Below are positions 54,761 through 64,000 of a DNA stretch of 64,000 bases, piece by piece (position 1 is the stretch's first letter; every line of letters starts with the position of its first letter). The position numbers were made by a program, and so were the translations under genes. Location of the stretch: positions 1 to 64,000 of IMG/VR virus record IMGVR_UViG_3300036852_000742. The stretch is one strand, 5' to 3'. The stretch is from a virus. The notes beneath the pieces were generated by a model. That model was not told where the DNA came from. It saw only the letters and a list, made by a program, of their open reading frames with translations, and searched no databases.

Positions 54761-55651
54761 ATGAGGCCATCCCGTGACGCCCTGGAAGACCTGTACGTCA
54801 AGCAACGTAAGACCATGCGGCAGATCGGGCTGGTGTACGAGGTGTCGAAAACGTCGGTGCGGCGTTGGCTTGCCTTTTACGAGATCCCGTGTCGCACAGC
54901 CGACCGAGGGCTGCTCAACCGGGGGATACCCGAGCCCACGGCTGCACAGCTACATGGCCTGGTGCACAACCAACACCTGGGGTACCGGGAGATTGCCGAC
55001 ATGTACGGGGTGGACCCCTCGGCCGTTGGCCACTGGGTTACCCGCCTCGGGATTGTGAGGCCAACGATCTGGGGTACACGCCGTAAGGGTGTGCCGATGC
55101 CGTACCCGCCGCCCGAGGAGGTCCGGACCCGCTACGGCGAGGGCGAACCTCTGGAAAGCATCGCCAAGGGCTGCGGCGTGTCCCGCAGCGCGTTACGGGA
55201 CTACTGCCAACGGAACGGCATCGAGATTCGCCCTGACGGGTGGATCGCCGGCCGGCGATGGATGTGCGCGGACGGCCACGCTGTCCGATCGAGCTTCGAA
55301 CAGCGAGTTGACGACTGGCTCGGCGACAACGGACTCGACCACGAGTTAGAGCCACGGCTTCCGTTCGACCGGCGGTCCCAAGGGGACTTCCTGGTAGCGG
55401 GCCGCATCTATGTGGAGGTGTGGGGTGTAGTTGGATCCGTGCAGTACGAGGAACGCCGAAAGCGAAAGGCGGGGCTGTACCGGGCACACGGCTTGCCACT
55501 GGTTGAGCTACCGGTATGGACCTTTGCTCGTGGTGCGTGGGCGCGCAGGCTCAGCGCCGCGCTGTTACCCGGGCATGACCGCCCCCGCTCACAGGGGTGG
55601 CGCGGCGGCGATGGTCAGGGCGGTCAGGAAGTCCCCGGAGTGCCTGTCTAG
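54761..55651 (+). CDS. HTH-repeat + PD-(D/E)XK nuclease (free-standing homing endonuclease-like)
   Basis: Three HTH units, then DGHAVRSSFEQRVDDWL...E...GDFLV...YVEVWG. Confidence 0.75.
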   Translation: MRPSRDALEDLYVKQRKTMRQIGLVYEVSKTSVRRWLAFYEIPCRTADRGLLNRGIPEPTAAQLHGLVHNQHLGYREIADMYGVDPSAVGHWVTRLGIVRPTIWGTRRKGVPMPYPPPEEVRTRYGEGEPLESIAKGCGVSRSALRDYCQRNGIEIRPDGWIAGRRWMCADGHAVRSSFEQRVDDWLGDNGLDHELEPRLPFDRRSQGDFLVAGRIYVEVWGVVGSVQYEERRKRKAGLYRAHGLPLVELPVWTFARGAWARRLSAALLPGHDRPRSQGWRGGDGQGGQEVPGVPV

Positions 55652-55948
55652 TGCTGGACCCATAAACGCATGGGGCGCCATCCGGCTTGTTCCCCATTCC
55701 ACGAACGCAGCGTAGGACGCCTCGGGGCCGATGGTGGCTTCCAGGCCGGCGGGCATCATCGTTGTGGTGATGGAGTTGCGCAGGTTCCCGGTGCGCACCG
55801 GGGCGAGCTGTTTGGCGGTGGACTCAATGTCGAACGCCGTTTTCTGCACGACTCGCATGACCCGCCCGGTGGCGGAGAACCCGATCCTCCCCAGGTCGGC
55901 CGCGACCGTGTTCAGTTCGTTGATCCCGTCGAACCACACACTGACCAC
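55589..55948 (-). CDS. HK97 gp10-family neck protein
   Basis: AKQLAPVRTGNLRNSI...YAAFVEWGTSRMAPHAFMGPA. Confidence 0.9.
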   Translation of the reverse strand: MVSVWFDGINELNTVAADLGRIGFSATGRVMRVVQKTAFDIESTAKQLAPVRTGNLRNSITTTMMPAGLEATIGPEASYAAFVEWGTSRMAPHAFMGPALDRHSGDFLTALTIAAAPPL

Positions 55949-55961
55949 AGGGCACCTCCGG

Positions 55962-56402
55962 TTAGCGGGTGGTGGCCTCGTGGACCTCGCAGATCAGGTC
56001 CTGCTGCCACAGCAGTGACCCGGTGCGGGTGCCGATGACCCGGAGCCGGGTGTCGACCAGGGATGTGTCGGTGGCGGTGTCAACGTCGACCAGGTCGTTG
56101 ACCTGGACCGGGTCCGCGTCCAGCGGCAACGACACCACGTACCGGCGCAGCGCTGTCTGTTTCTCCCCGATTGACTGGCCGCCGCCGGCTGAGGTGACGT
56201 CGGCGCGCTGCACCCGGCACGCCCCGGTGAACACATCGGTGGGGGTGGGGTATGTGGAGGACCCGGTGGCCTGGTTGTAGTACGGGCCGGTACCCGACGC
56301 CGGGCGGGTGATGGTGCAGGTGGCGGTCATGACGTTTTCGGCGACCGGTGTGTGGTGCGCTTCCCACCCGGTAGGGATGACCCGTGACCCTGGGCGGGGC
56401 AT
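55962..56402 (-). CDS. DUF6093-like head-tail joining protein
   Basis: MTATCTITRP...VFTGACRVQ; position. Confidence 0.75.
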   Translation of the reverse strand: MPRPGSRVIPTGWEAHHTPVAENVMTATCTITRPASGTGPYYNQATGSSTYPTPTDVFTGACRVQRADVTSAGGGQSIGEKQTALRRYVVSLPLDADPVQVNDLVDVDTATDTSLVDTRLRVIGTRTGSLLWQQDLICEVHEATTR

Positions 56403-57049
56403 CAGGACTCCTCAACCAGCAGCCAGTCGGTCGGATCCCAGTCGACAACGTCCATGACGAACGCGGTCCCCGTTGTGTCGGACCCGGTGGCCTGCTCGCG
56501 GAGCAGCGCCGCGCGGGCGCGCAGCTCGGCGGCGACTTTCGTGCCGTCGGTGGACAGGTCGTTGGTGCGGATCACCTTGGACACCATGGCCTCGTTGGAG
56601 GCTAGGGTTTCCAGGGCGACCGCCGCCGCCAGGCGCGCGTTGGTGGATTCCAGGGTGAGGAATGCGGTGATCTCGGTGTCGGTGAACACCGGGTCGGCCT
56701 CGGTGGTGTCGGAGATCAGCAACCGGACGAGGCCGATGCTGGTGGTCGGATCAACGGTGATGGGGGTGGCCCCGGTGAGGGAGCGCCGCACGATGACGGT
56801 GCCCTCTTCGGCCGAGTCGGCCGCCCCGGTCGCGGTCAGCCGCCAGGCGTGCAGCCCGGCGGTGGTCGGGTCGTAGGTGGCCCGGTACCGGTCGGTCAGC
56901 TCACTGACAGACATCGCGGCGGTGGTCCCGGCTGGGAGGGTCACTGTCCCGGCCACCGTCGCGGCCGGGACGAACAGCCCGGTGGTGGGGTTTTCCAACA
57001 CCCAGTCCACAACCAGCGTTTTGCTGATCCAGTACGGTTCGGTGCTCAC
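56402..57049 (-). CDS. Head-tail adaptor-like protein with extra N-terminal domain
   Basis: DPTTSIGLVRLLISDT...FTDTEITAFL...AAAVALE. Confidence 0.7.
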   Translation of the reverse strand: MSTEPYWISKTLVVDWVLENPTTGLFVPAATVAGTVTLPAGTTAAMSVSELTDRYRATYDPTTAGLHAWRLTATGAADSAEEGTVIVRRSLTGATPITVDPTTSIGLVRLLISDTTEADPVFTDTEITAFLTLESTNARLAAAVALETLASNEAMVSKVIRTNDLSTDGTKVAAELRARAALLREQATGSDTTGTAFVMDVVDWDPTDWLLVEES

Positions 57050-59184
57050 CTCACGCTCACCTCCGACGCCGGGGCGAGCCCGGCCGTGCTGCGCCGGGGA
57101 TAGCTGACACCGCCGCTGTACGTGGCCACCGTGGCGCCGCCTCGTCCGGGCGGGGCAATGTCTTCGGCGGTGACGGTTGGGCTTGGCACCGTGGCCAACG
57201 CCGCAACGGTGGTCCCGCTGATGGTCACTGACACCAGTACGGTCACCGCAGGGACCGCAGCCACTGCCATGACAGCGCCTGGGGTGGCCCCTGCCCCTGC
57301 CCCCGGGGTGGGTGCGGGGATGGTCGCGTTCGCCGCGACGGATGCCGGGGTGATGTCCGCCCCGGCACCCACTACCGGGGCGGGTACAGCAGCACTCCCG
57401 GCCACGGTGCCCGGGGTGGCGGTGGAGCCGGTGGCCAGTGTTGGTGAGGGAACCGCCGCCACGGCGGTGACCACGCTGGCGGTGACGGTGACCTCGGCCG
57501 TCACCGTGCCGTCTGGGACGGTGGCCAGGACGGCGACCGCCGCCGGGGCCACAGTGGACCCGGCGGTAACGGCCGGTGTGGGTACGGTCCCGGTTGCGGT
57601 GACGGTCGACGCGACGACGGTTGATCCGGTGGACCACGCTGGTGCAGCAGCCGTGGTGGTGGCTGCGACTACGGCTGGGGTCACGGTGGACCCGGTGGAC
57701 ACATCCGGTGTGGGGATGGTTGTGAGCGTGGCTACCGGTGACGGAACCACGGTCGCGTTGCCGCCGGCTGTGATGATCGGTGCTGGTACAGCCGCGACGC
57801 TGGCCACAGTGGACGGTGTGACGGTTGAGCCGGTCGCAATCGTGACTGCTGGCACCGTTGTGAGCGCTGCCACGGTTGCGGGGATGACTGTTGAGCCGGT
57901 AGTGACAGTGGCCGCCGGGGTGGCGGCAACGCCCACAACCACGCCTGGGGTGAGGGTTGACCCCGTTGACAGGGCGGGTGCCGGTACAGCCGCGACCGCA
58001 CCAACCGTGGCCGGGTCGACGTTGGTGACCGCAACTACCGTCGCCGCCGACACCGCCGCAACGGCTGCGACTACACCGGGGCTGACCGTGGAGCCGGTAG
58101 CCAGCGCAGGGCCCGCTATGGCCGCCGCCCCGGCGACCGTGGCCGGGGTGACGGTGGAGCCGGTCGCCACAGCCGGACCAGGTACCGCAGCCACCGCAGC
58201 CACAGCCGCTGGGGTGATCGTGACACCGGTGGATGGGCTTGCCGTGGGGACAGCCGCGACACCGCCCACAGTGGACGGTGCAACAGTCGAGCCGGTGGCG
58301 ACCGCAGGGGCGGGTACAGCAGCCGTCGCCGTAACCGCCGCCGGGGCAACGGTGGTAACCGCCGTGACCACAACGGCCCCGACCGCTGCGACACCGGCCA
58401 CAGCCGCCGGGGTGACAGTCGAACCCGTCTTGACCGAGGCGGTTGGTGCGGCCACCACAGCCGCGACGGCAGCGGGTAGGACGGTTGAGCCGGTGGCGAC
58501 GGTGGCCGAAGCGACCGACGCCACCGTCGCGACAGTTGACGGGGTGACGGTTGCGCCGCTACCGCTGGCCGGGGCGAGCGCCAGCAGGAAGCCGGCGATG
58601 TCCTGTGTGGACCCGCTGACGGTCAGGGTGCGGGTCTGCCCCACCCCGCTGCCGCCCGACAGCAGCTCATCGGAGATGCACCTGTGCATCGTCGAGTCGA
58701 GCTGGTCGAGGCGCTCGTTCGGAGCGCCGCTCTGCGTCCAGGTGCGGGCGGCGCCGGTCGCGTCCGTGGCGGCGAAAGCCACGAGCATGCAGTCGTTGAC
58801 CGTGGGGGTGATCGCCCCGAGGGCGATCGCGTTGATCCCGGTGCCCTGCTCGCCGATATCGACGTTGACCGGGGTCGTGGCGTCGACACCGGAGTAGCTG
58901 ACGACGTCAACAGTCCAGCCACCGGACGCGCTCAGCGTCCACGTCGGAGCGGGCTCGCTGGTCGCCCATGGCTTGCTGTAGCACCAGGTGGAGAAGTCCG
59001 CCGGGGCCGGGTCGTCCTCTTGCAGCGTCCACCCGTCCGGCACGGCGGACACCGTCGTGCTGGAACTCACACTGCACACGAATGCGACCATGAAATCGCC
59101 GGTGGTCGTGCCGGAGGGGATCGTGCCCTCCGCCGAGGCATCCGAACCGGTGCCCGTCGAGAGGGCGCGGAAGGCGACGGCCAC
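57046..59184 (-). CDS. Repeat-rich virion fiber-like protein
   Basis: About 205-aa N-terminal beta domain, then about 20 tandem ~22-aa TGSTVTPAxVAAVAAVPAPAV units. Confidence 0.75.
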   Translation of the reverse strand: MAVAFRALSTGTGSDASAEGTIPSGTTTGDFMVAFVCSVSSSTTVSAVPDGWTLQEDDPAPADFSTWCYSKPWATSEPAPTWTLSASGGWTVDVVSYSGVDATTPVNVDIGEQGTGINAIALGAITPTVNDCMLVAFAATDATGAARTWTQSGAPNERLDQLDSTMHRCISDELLSGGSGVGQTRTLTVSGSTQDIAGFLLALAPASGSGATVTPSTVATVASVASATVATGSTVLPAAVAAVVAAPTASVKTGSTVTPAAVAGVAAVGAVVVTAVTTVAPAAVTATAAVPAPAVATGSTVAPSTVGGVAAVPTASPSTGVTITPAAVAAVAAVPGPAVATGSTVTPATVAGAAAIAGPALATGSTVSPGVVAAVAAVSAATVVAVTNVDPATVGAVAAVPAPALSTGSTLTPGVVVGVAATPAATVTTGSTVIPATVAALTTVPAVTIATGSTVTPSTVASVAAVPAPIITAGGNATVVPSPVATLTTIPTPDVSTGSTVTPAVVAATTTAAAPAWSTGSTVVASTVTATGTVPTPAVTAGSTVAPAAVAVLATVPDGTVTAEVTVTASVVTAVAAVPSPTLATGSTATPGTVAGSAAVPAPVVGAGADITPASVAANATIPAPTPGAGAGATPGAVMAVAAVPAVTVLVSVTISGTTVAALATVPSPTVTAEDIAPPGRGGATVATYSGGVSYPRRSTAGLAPASEVSVR

Positions 59185-59210
59185 GGCTCACCGCCCCTAC
59201 GGGGTGAAGA

Positions 59211-59660
59211 TCACGGGGTGAGGTCCAGGGTGAAGATCCCGCTCGCGTTCCAGGTGATCGCGAACGTACCGGCCACTGTGGAGTAGTCCGCACCGAAGTT
59301 GACCAACACGATGGCGTTGTTGCCGGCCAGCACGTCGGCGTACAGCAGATAGCAGCGGGCGTTGGTGATCGTTGTGGTCGCCACGGACACATCGGTGGCG
59401 TCGAACGTTGCGGTACCCGATGCGCCGGTGAACGTGGTGCCCGTGAGGGCGACCCCGCCGGCTGCCCAGTTGGTGCCGGTGACCTCGTTCGCGTCGTACG
59501 GGGCGACACCGAAGGCGGTGTCGGTCGTGAAGTTCGGGGTGATCGTGTTGGAGAACAGGGCACCCTTGTGGGTTTCCAGGTCCAGGTCGATCGCGAGCTG
59601 GGTGGTGTCCAGCACATCGACAAACGTCGCGACGTACAGTCCGGATGCGGTGACAGCCAC
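59211..59660 (-). CDS. Virion structural protein
   Basis: NEVTGTNWAAGGVAL...TFDATDVS...GTFAITWNASGIF. Confidence 0.7.
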   Translation of the reverse strand: MAVTASGLYVATFVDVLDTTQLAIDLDLETHKGALFSNTITPNFTTDTAFGVAPYDANEVTGTNWAAGGVALTGTTFTGASGTATFDATDVSVATTTITNARCYLLYADVLAGNNAIVLVNFGADYSTVAGTFAITWNASGIFTLDLTP

Positions 59661-59663
59661 AGA

Positions 59664-59915
59664 TCAGCCCTCGTTCTGCTCGGGCGACACGAACGCGTCG
59701 CCGCCAACAAGGTCGGTGCGGGTTGCGCGCAGCAAAGCCCTGTGGGCCTGGATGTTCGCTACCGCAGCGGCCTTGGCCTGCCTGGTGGTGTCGGTGGGCG
59801 ACTTCCGGTGGGCGTCCTTGGCCTGGACCAGCTCGGCGATGAGGGTGGCCTCGAAGTCGGCGAGCGCCTCGTCCGCTGCTCGCTTCGCGGCCAGAAGGTC
59901 GTTGAACTGGCTCAT
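59664..59915 (-). CDS. Hypothetical protein
   Basis: GAGGAG RBS. Confidence 0.65.
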   Translation of the reverse strand: MSQFNDLLAAKRAADEALADFEATLIAELVQAKDAHRKSPTDTTRQAKAAAVANIQAHRALLRATRTDLVGGDAFVSPEQNEG

Positions 59916-60142
59916 CGGCGGATCTCCTCAGCCCGAACGTGGATGGTGGAGGGGCGCACGTGGACGTCTTGCCGGTCGCCTTTGGCGTGTTCGGTGACGG
60001 TGGTGCCGAGTTCGTCTGTGGTCGCTTTGGTGCGGACCCCGTCGGGGCGGCGGCCTTCCGCGACGTGGTTGCGGGTGCGGCCCCGGCTCAGGTAGCCGAG
60101 GCTGCGCAGCTTGTCCAGGTCGATCGGGGTGCCCTCAGGCAT
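59912..60142 (-). CDS. Hypothetical protein
   Basis: GAGGAGG RBS; ATGA overlap. Confidence 0.6.
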   Translation of the reverse strand: MPEGTPIDLDKLRSLGYLSRGRTRNHVAEGRRPDGVRTKATTDELGTTVTEHAKGDRQDVHVRPSTIHVRAEEIRR

Positions 60143-60223
60143 CGGCCCTCCTCGGTGATGAACCGGTTGTGGCGCCCCACGCACATGGGGCCCCACAACC
60201 GGGGCTGAAGGGGGGAAGTCCGT

Positions 60224-60646
60224 CTACGGGATGAGGACGACACCCGCCGAGTAGGTGATCGAGTCGGTGTCGGCGTGGGTGAACGTGACCCGGAACAGCC
60301 CAGGGAGCACCTGCGACACGGCGACGTTGGTGACCGGTGTGGCACCGGGGTAGACGGTGAGGACGGTGGTGCCTGTGCCGGTGATCGCCGCGCCGGTGAG
60401 CAGCGGGTAGTAGACCCCACTGAGCGGGTCTTTGCCCTCCACAACCGGCACAACCGACGGTGTGGCCGCGCTGGCGGTGACGTTGATGACGATGTGCCCG
60501 CCCCGAAACCCTGGGTTGGCCACGTCGTCGGTGGACAACGCGACGGCTGCGGTTCGCGCGGCCGACGCCAGCAGTGTTGCTTTGCCCGTGGCCACGGCGC
60601 TGGTGCCCAGCGCCCCGGCGTCAACGGTCGGAGTGATGGTTGCCAT
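60224..60646 (-). CDS. Beta-rich virion protein
   Basis: Composition and position. Confidence 0.65.
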   Translation of the reverse strand: MATITPTVDAGALGTSAVATGKATLLASAARTAAVALSTDDVANPGFRGGHIVINVTASAATPSVVPVVEGKDPLSGVYYPLLTGAAITGTGTTVLTVYPGATPVTNVAVSQVLPGLFRVTFTHADTDSITYSAGVVLIP

Positions 60647-60676
60647 TGGCCCCCCTGCTGTTTACGGAACCGGGGG

Positions 60677-61192
60677 TCAGGTGGCGATGGCCTGTGAGGT
60701 GCGCAGCGACGCCAGCAGGTTGTTGGTCTTGGTGCGTGCCGTGCCGACGTCGGTGACCAGCGCCGCGACCGGGGTACGTACCGCCACCACGTCCACCACC
60801 GACGCGGCGATGGGTGTGCGCATCGCGGCGATGTCCGTCACGAGTTTGACGACTTCGGCGCGTACGGCGGTGAGGTCGGTGACCAGCTTGACGACCTCCG
60901 CGCGTACGGCGGTGAGGTCAGCGGTGGTCTGGTTGTGCTCGGCCTCAGTTGGGGACTCACCGCCCGTGATCGTCGCCGATGTCATCGCGGCGGGGGCAAC
61001 GGCGGTCAACGCCGCAGGGTTCGCCGCCGTGAGCGCAGCAGGTGCCGCCGCCGTGAGCGCGGCCGGGGCGGCAGCGGTCAACGCGCCGAGGTCGGCAACC
61101 GCCGCACCCTGGTTCATGTCACCGGCGGCGATCTGACCGTCGGCGTCGAGCGTGGCCAGCCCGTTGGGCTGGCCCTTAGCGGTCAGTGCCAT
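60677..61192 (-). CDS. Head fiber-like protein
   Basis: GQPNGLATLDADG, ALTAAAP repeats, heptad repeats, NNLLASLRTSQAIA C-terminus. Confidence 0.65.
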   Translation of the reverse strand: MALTAKGQPNGLATLDADGQIAAGDMNQGAAVADLGALTAAAPAALTAAAPAALTAANPAALTAVAPAAMTSATITGGESPTEAEHNQTTADLTAVRAEVVKLVTDLTAVRAEVVKLVTDIAAMRTPIAASVVDVVAVRTPVAALVTDVGTARTKTNNLLASLRTSQAIAT

Positions 61193-61475
61193 GTCGGGTC
61201 TTCTCCTTCGAGCTAGGGCGGCGGGCGGCGGTCGTGGGGGGTGGCCTGCGCCGTTGGGGTGCCGGTTCGGCCAGGTCCGCCACCGAACCGGCCCCCGTTG
61301 GGGTGGGGGCCGGTTCGGTGAGACGGATGGGGGTGGTGGCTGGGTCCGGCTGCTCGTCTTGGGGGGTGGGCAGCCGGTCGCGAATGTCAGCGAGCACCAG
61401 GCGCTGCGTTTCCAGCTCGCGCAGGATCAGCGCCAGGTACTCATCGCCGGTGGTGATGGGGTTGGGCCAGGCCAT
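61176..61475 (-). CDS. Hypothetical protein
   Basis: Directly after the capsid gene. Confidence 0.6.
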   Translation of the reverse strand: MAWPNPITTGDEYLALILRELETQRLVLADIRDRLPTPQDEQPDPATTPIRLTEPAPTPTGAGSVADLAEPAPQRRRPPPTTAARRPSSKEKTRHGTDR

Positions 61476-61483
61476 GCGCTGTA

Positions 61484-62680
61484 CTACGAACCGGTCCCGT
61501 TGGACGCCACGGCCGACTTCGGGTCCATCAAAGTGCCGCCGAAAACGTGCCTTATCTTCCATTCGACACTATCTGTGCCGAAATCGCCCTCTTCGGGCGC
61601 GAGGAGGCCGCCGCCGACGCGGACCGCGTTGGCGAGCTTCTGGAACAACTCGGGCTGCTCGTGGCCGATGAGGAAACCGACCTCGGCGGCCGGCCGTCCG
61701 GTGGACGGGTTCGCGAACAGGTACCAGGACGTGCCGCCGTTGGTGGTGGAGATGATCGGCAGCCACGGGTTGACGACCACGGATACCCGGTTCCGCATCC
61801 AGTTGATGGCGCGGAGCTGGTCGTTGCCGGTGCCGTCGCCGCCGCCGGTCCCGGCCAGGATCTCGGTCGCGTTGATGATGTTGTTGGCGGTGACTTCCAG
61901 GGCCGGTGGGACCACAAGGACGGTTCCGTCGATGTAGATGGGGGAGCTGTCGGTGTCGAGCTGCGCGGCGAGGACCGTGTACGCGGTCTGGAGCGCCTGG
62001 ATCGACAGGGCCGGGTTGGAGGTGACGATGTTGGCGTTGCCGGATGCGAAGAAGGTGCCGTCCGGGCCGGTTGTTCCGGCGTACAGGTCGGTGGCGAAGC
62101 GTTCCTCCGACCGGCGGGCGGCGTTGCCGAGGCGGTCGGGCAGGTCCCGGAACGCGTCCAGGTCGTCGTTGATCAACGTTTCCCAGGACAGGTGCAGGCG
62201 CCGGCCGCGCTTGGTGACCGCGTAGCTGTACTCGGCGTCGGTCAGGCTGGCAGCCGGGTACTCGGCCTGCTGCGCGACGGCGTCCAGTACCGCCTCACCC
62301 CCGTCGAGGGTGAAACGCTTCACGGTGCGGAAGTCGCGCACCCGACCGCGCTTGGCGACCCGGTCCCACTGGATCGGGGCCTGGTTGTAGGCCGCCAGTA
62401 GCTGCCGGTCGAGGATGTCGCCGAACAGGTTCGTGAAGTCCGACGTGGTCATTGCCTCGATGAAGTCCAAACCGGCGCGCTGGTTGCCGGCGAGTACCCG
62501 CTTGTACAGGTGCGCCGCCTCCAGGAGACGGCGCCGGTACTCGGGGTTGCCGGTGCGGCGCCCGCCGCGCAGGCGCGCGGACAGACTGGTGCCTTCACCG
62601 GCGTAGATGGTGGCGGTGGACGCCTGGGACGCATCCCAGGTACCGACGTCGGGCAGGACGTCGAGAACGTTGCTGCTCAT
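61484..62680 (-). CDS. Major capsid protein (Mu gpT-like, HK97 fold)
   Basis: TTSDF..L, VRDFR, SWETLINDDLDAF, LVVPPALE, WKIRHVFG. Confidence 0.9.
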   Translation of the reverse strand: MSSNVLDVLPDVGTWDASQASTATIYAGEGTSLSARLRGGRRTGNPEYRRRLLEAAHLYKRVLAGNQRAGLDFIEAMTTSDFTNLFGDILDRQLLAAYNQAPIQWDRVAKRGRVRDFRTVKRFTLDGGEAVLDAVAQQAEYPAASLTDAEYSYAVTKRGRRLHLSWETLINDDLDAFRDLPDRLGNAARRSEERFATDLYAGTTGPDGTFFASGNANIVTSNPALSIQALQTAYTVLAAQLDTDSSPIYIDGTVLVVPPALEVTANNIINATEILAGTGGGDGTGNDQLRAINWMRNRVSVVVNPWLPIISTTNGGTSWYLFANPSTGRPAAEVGFLIGHEQPELFQKLANAVRVGGGLLAPEEGDFGTDSVEWKIRHVFGGTLMDPKSAVASNGTGS

Positions 62681-62699
62681 GGTTTGTAGGCCCCCGCCC

Positions 62700-63056
62700 C
62701 TAGTAGCCGAGCTTGACTTGGATGGTGGCGGTGGCTGCTGAGGTGACGGCTTCGAGCGCGTAGCCGAAACGGACCCCGCTGGTGGCTTTCTTGCTCAGCT
62801 TCGGCGTGTCGCCGGTCTGGTAGTAGATGATGTCGCCGGCCGCCACAGCGCTGTTGCCGGACGAGTCGACAGCCTTGACGGACAGGTCGTAGACACCCTT
62901 GGTGGTGATGGTTGTCAGACCGTCGGCCGTTTCGGCGATCAGCGCGACACCGGGGATCTGCCCGCACAGGACCGGCCCGCCGGAGGCGGGGGTGGTCGGG
63001 TCGGTGCAGACCAAGGACAGGTTGTCCCCGTCCTCGTAGACCTCGTTGGTAGCCAT
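62700..63056 (-). CDS. DUF2190-like capsid cement/decoration protein
   Basis: MATNEVYEDG...SGGPV..G...GVAL...GVYDL. Confidence 0.8.
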   Translation of the reverse strand: MATNEVYEDGDNLSLVCTDPTTPASGGPVLCGQIPGVALIAETADGLTTITTKGVYDLSVKAVDSSGNSAVAAGDIIYYQTGDTPKLSKKATSGVRFGYALEAVTSAATATIQVKLGY

Positions 63057-63062
63057 CTGCGG

Positions 63063-64000
63063 TTACCGCCCCTTCGCGGCGAGCTTGGCCCCGGCGGTGT
63101 TCATGCCGACGGACTCGAAAATGTCGGTGAGTGCGGCTTCCAACGCGGCCTCGTCAGTTGGGGCGGCGGTGGCCGGCGCGGTGGTTTCGCCGAGCCCGCG
63201 TACGCGTCCGGCACCTCGCGCCTCGTCGTAGGCGGTGAGGTAGGCGCGCTCTGCGGTGATCGCCGCGCTGATCGCGGCGGCCAGTGCGACACCGTCGAGC
63301 TGCCCGGCCTCGTCCAGCCAGGTGTCGATGCCGGCGGTGACGGTGTCGGCGACGCGGGTGTGCGCGACGGCCGGCAGCGGGTCGGACGTGTCAGCGGCGA
63401 GGGCGTCGCCGATGCGGGCCCGTACGGTTTCCCCGGCGCGCAGCCGGTACGTCTCCCGCTCGGCAACGGCACGTGCTGCTGCCGCCTCGGTCGCGGTGGC
63501 CTGCGCGGTGCGGAGCTGCTCGGCGAGGGTCGTTTCGCGGGTTGCCGCTTCGGCGAGCTGGCGGGCCAGCTCGTGTTCGCGTACAGCGGCCTCAACCGCT
63601 GCGGTGGTGGCGTTGCCGCCTGTGTCGGGCGGGGCGGCGCCGGCCTGCTCGGCCATTGGCTGTCCTTCCTCGGGGTTGGCCGGCGGTGCGCCCGGCGCGT
63701 CTGTGATGGGGGTGTCGTCGGACGGTTCGGTGGCTTCAGCGGCGGCGTACGGCTCCGCCTGGGGTGGGCTCGTTGGGGGGTCGCCCCACCGGTCGCGGGT
63801 GTAGAGCTGCGGGGCGTCGGCCTCCACGCGCTGCACGAACGCGTCGAGGGCGTCACCGATCGCCGAGGAAAGGGAGATCCGCTCGGCGCGGGTCAAATGA
63901 CCGGCGGCGTACATGTCGTCGTAGGCCTGCGTCGCGGCGGTGTGCAGGTGCGCCTCGGCGCACGCACCGATCGACCCGGACTCCCGCAGCCGGGTACGGG
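63063..64000 (-). CDS. Scaffold / protease-scaffold C-terminal part (5' end outside the window)
   Basis: Frame open to the window edge; Ala/Glu coiled coil; upstream of cement and capsid genes. Confidence 0.7.
   Translation of the reverse strand, partial: RTRLRESGSIGACAEAHLHTAATQAYDDMYAAGHLTRAERISLSSAIGDALDAFVQRVEADAPQLYTRDRWGDPPTSPPQAEPYAAAEATEPSDDTPITDAPGAPPANPEEGQPMAEQAGAAPPDTGGNATTAAVEAAVREHELARQLAEAATRETTLAEQLRTAQATATEAAAARAVAERETYRLRAGETVRARIGDALAADTSDPLPAVAHTRVADTVTAGIDTWLDEAGQLDGVALAAAISAAITAERAYLTAYDEARGAGRVRGLGETTAPATAAPTDEAALEAALTDIFESVGMNTAGAKLAAKGR

Larger units (their letters stand above)
1..64000. mobile_element. Actinobacteriophage/prophage genome segment (siphovirus-type tail)
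   Basis: Capsid, head-tail, major tail, chaperone frameshift, tape measure, amidase endolysin, holin and WhiB genes; tightly packed small ORFs with 1-4 nt overlaps; high GC; no host housekeeping genes. Confidence 0.95.

Noticed and set aside
57046-58560. Tandem DNA repeats as a second CRISPR array or DGR
   Set aside because: The repeats are in-frame coding units with no unique spacers, and no reverse transcriptase is in the window
57122-58897. 591-aa plus-strand ORF and other long antisense ORFs such as 43387..44601 and 51141..52397
   Set aside because: Shadow frames of real minus-strand genes in high-GC DNA

Overview
This is a high-GC segment of a tailed dsDNA actinobacteriophage (or prophage/phage-plasmid) with siphovirus-type tail genes. 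No integrase, terminase or portal lies in the window. 1-32.5 kb is a leftward arm of small early/accessory genes plus replication, recombination and nucleotide genes (DUF6011, DUF932, ASCH, MazG-like, Gp37/68, HNHs, Rep-like initiator, HD hydrolase, Sak4-like ATPase, WhiB, DUF3560). It is driven by ten copies of one promoter, TTGCCC-N17-TANNNT with an internal CCCGC-N9-GCGGG palindrome; an eleventh copy points right. 32.6-40.6 kb is a rightward arm (ArdC-like N-domain, methyltransferase, HExxH zincin, membrane hydrolase). It ends in the main discovery: a 683-aa Cas12m-like (type V-M/V-U1) effector with a non-canonical RuvC (H363/D559/D658), followed by a 26-repeat/25-spacer CRISPR array (40762-42615) with unusually divergent but structurally conserved repeats and no cas1/cas2 in the window. 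I infer a phage-borne RNA-guided gene-silencing system. 42.7-46.2 kb is a lysis cassette interrupted by a TnpB element that carries an Arc/RHH gene instead of TnpA. 46.9-64 kb holds tail and head genes, with a -1 frameshift chaperone and two antisense insertions (SGNH hydrolase, HTH-PD-(D/E)XK nuclease). All family assignments come from motif recognition by eye; no searches were run.
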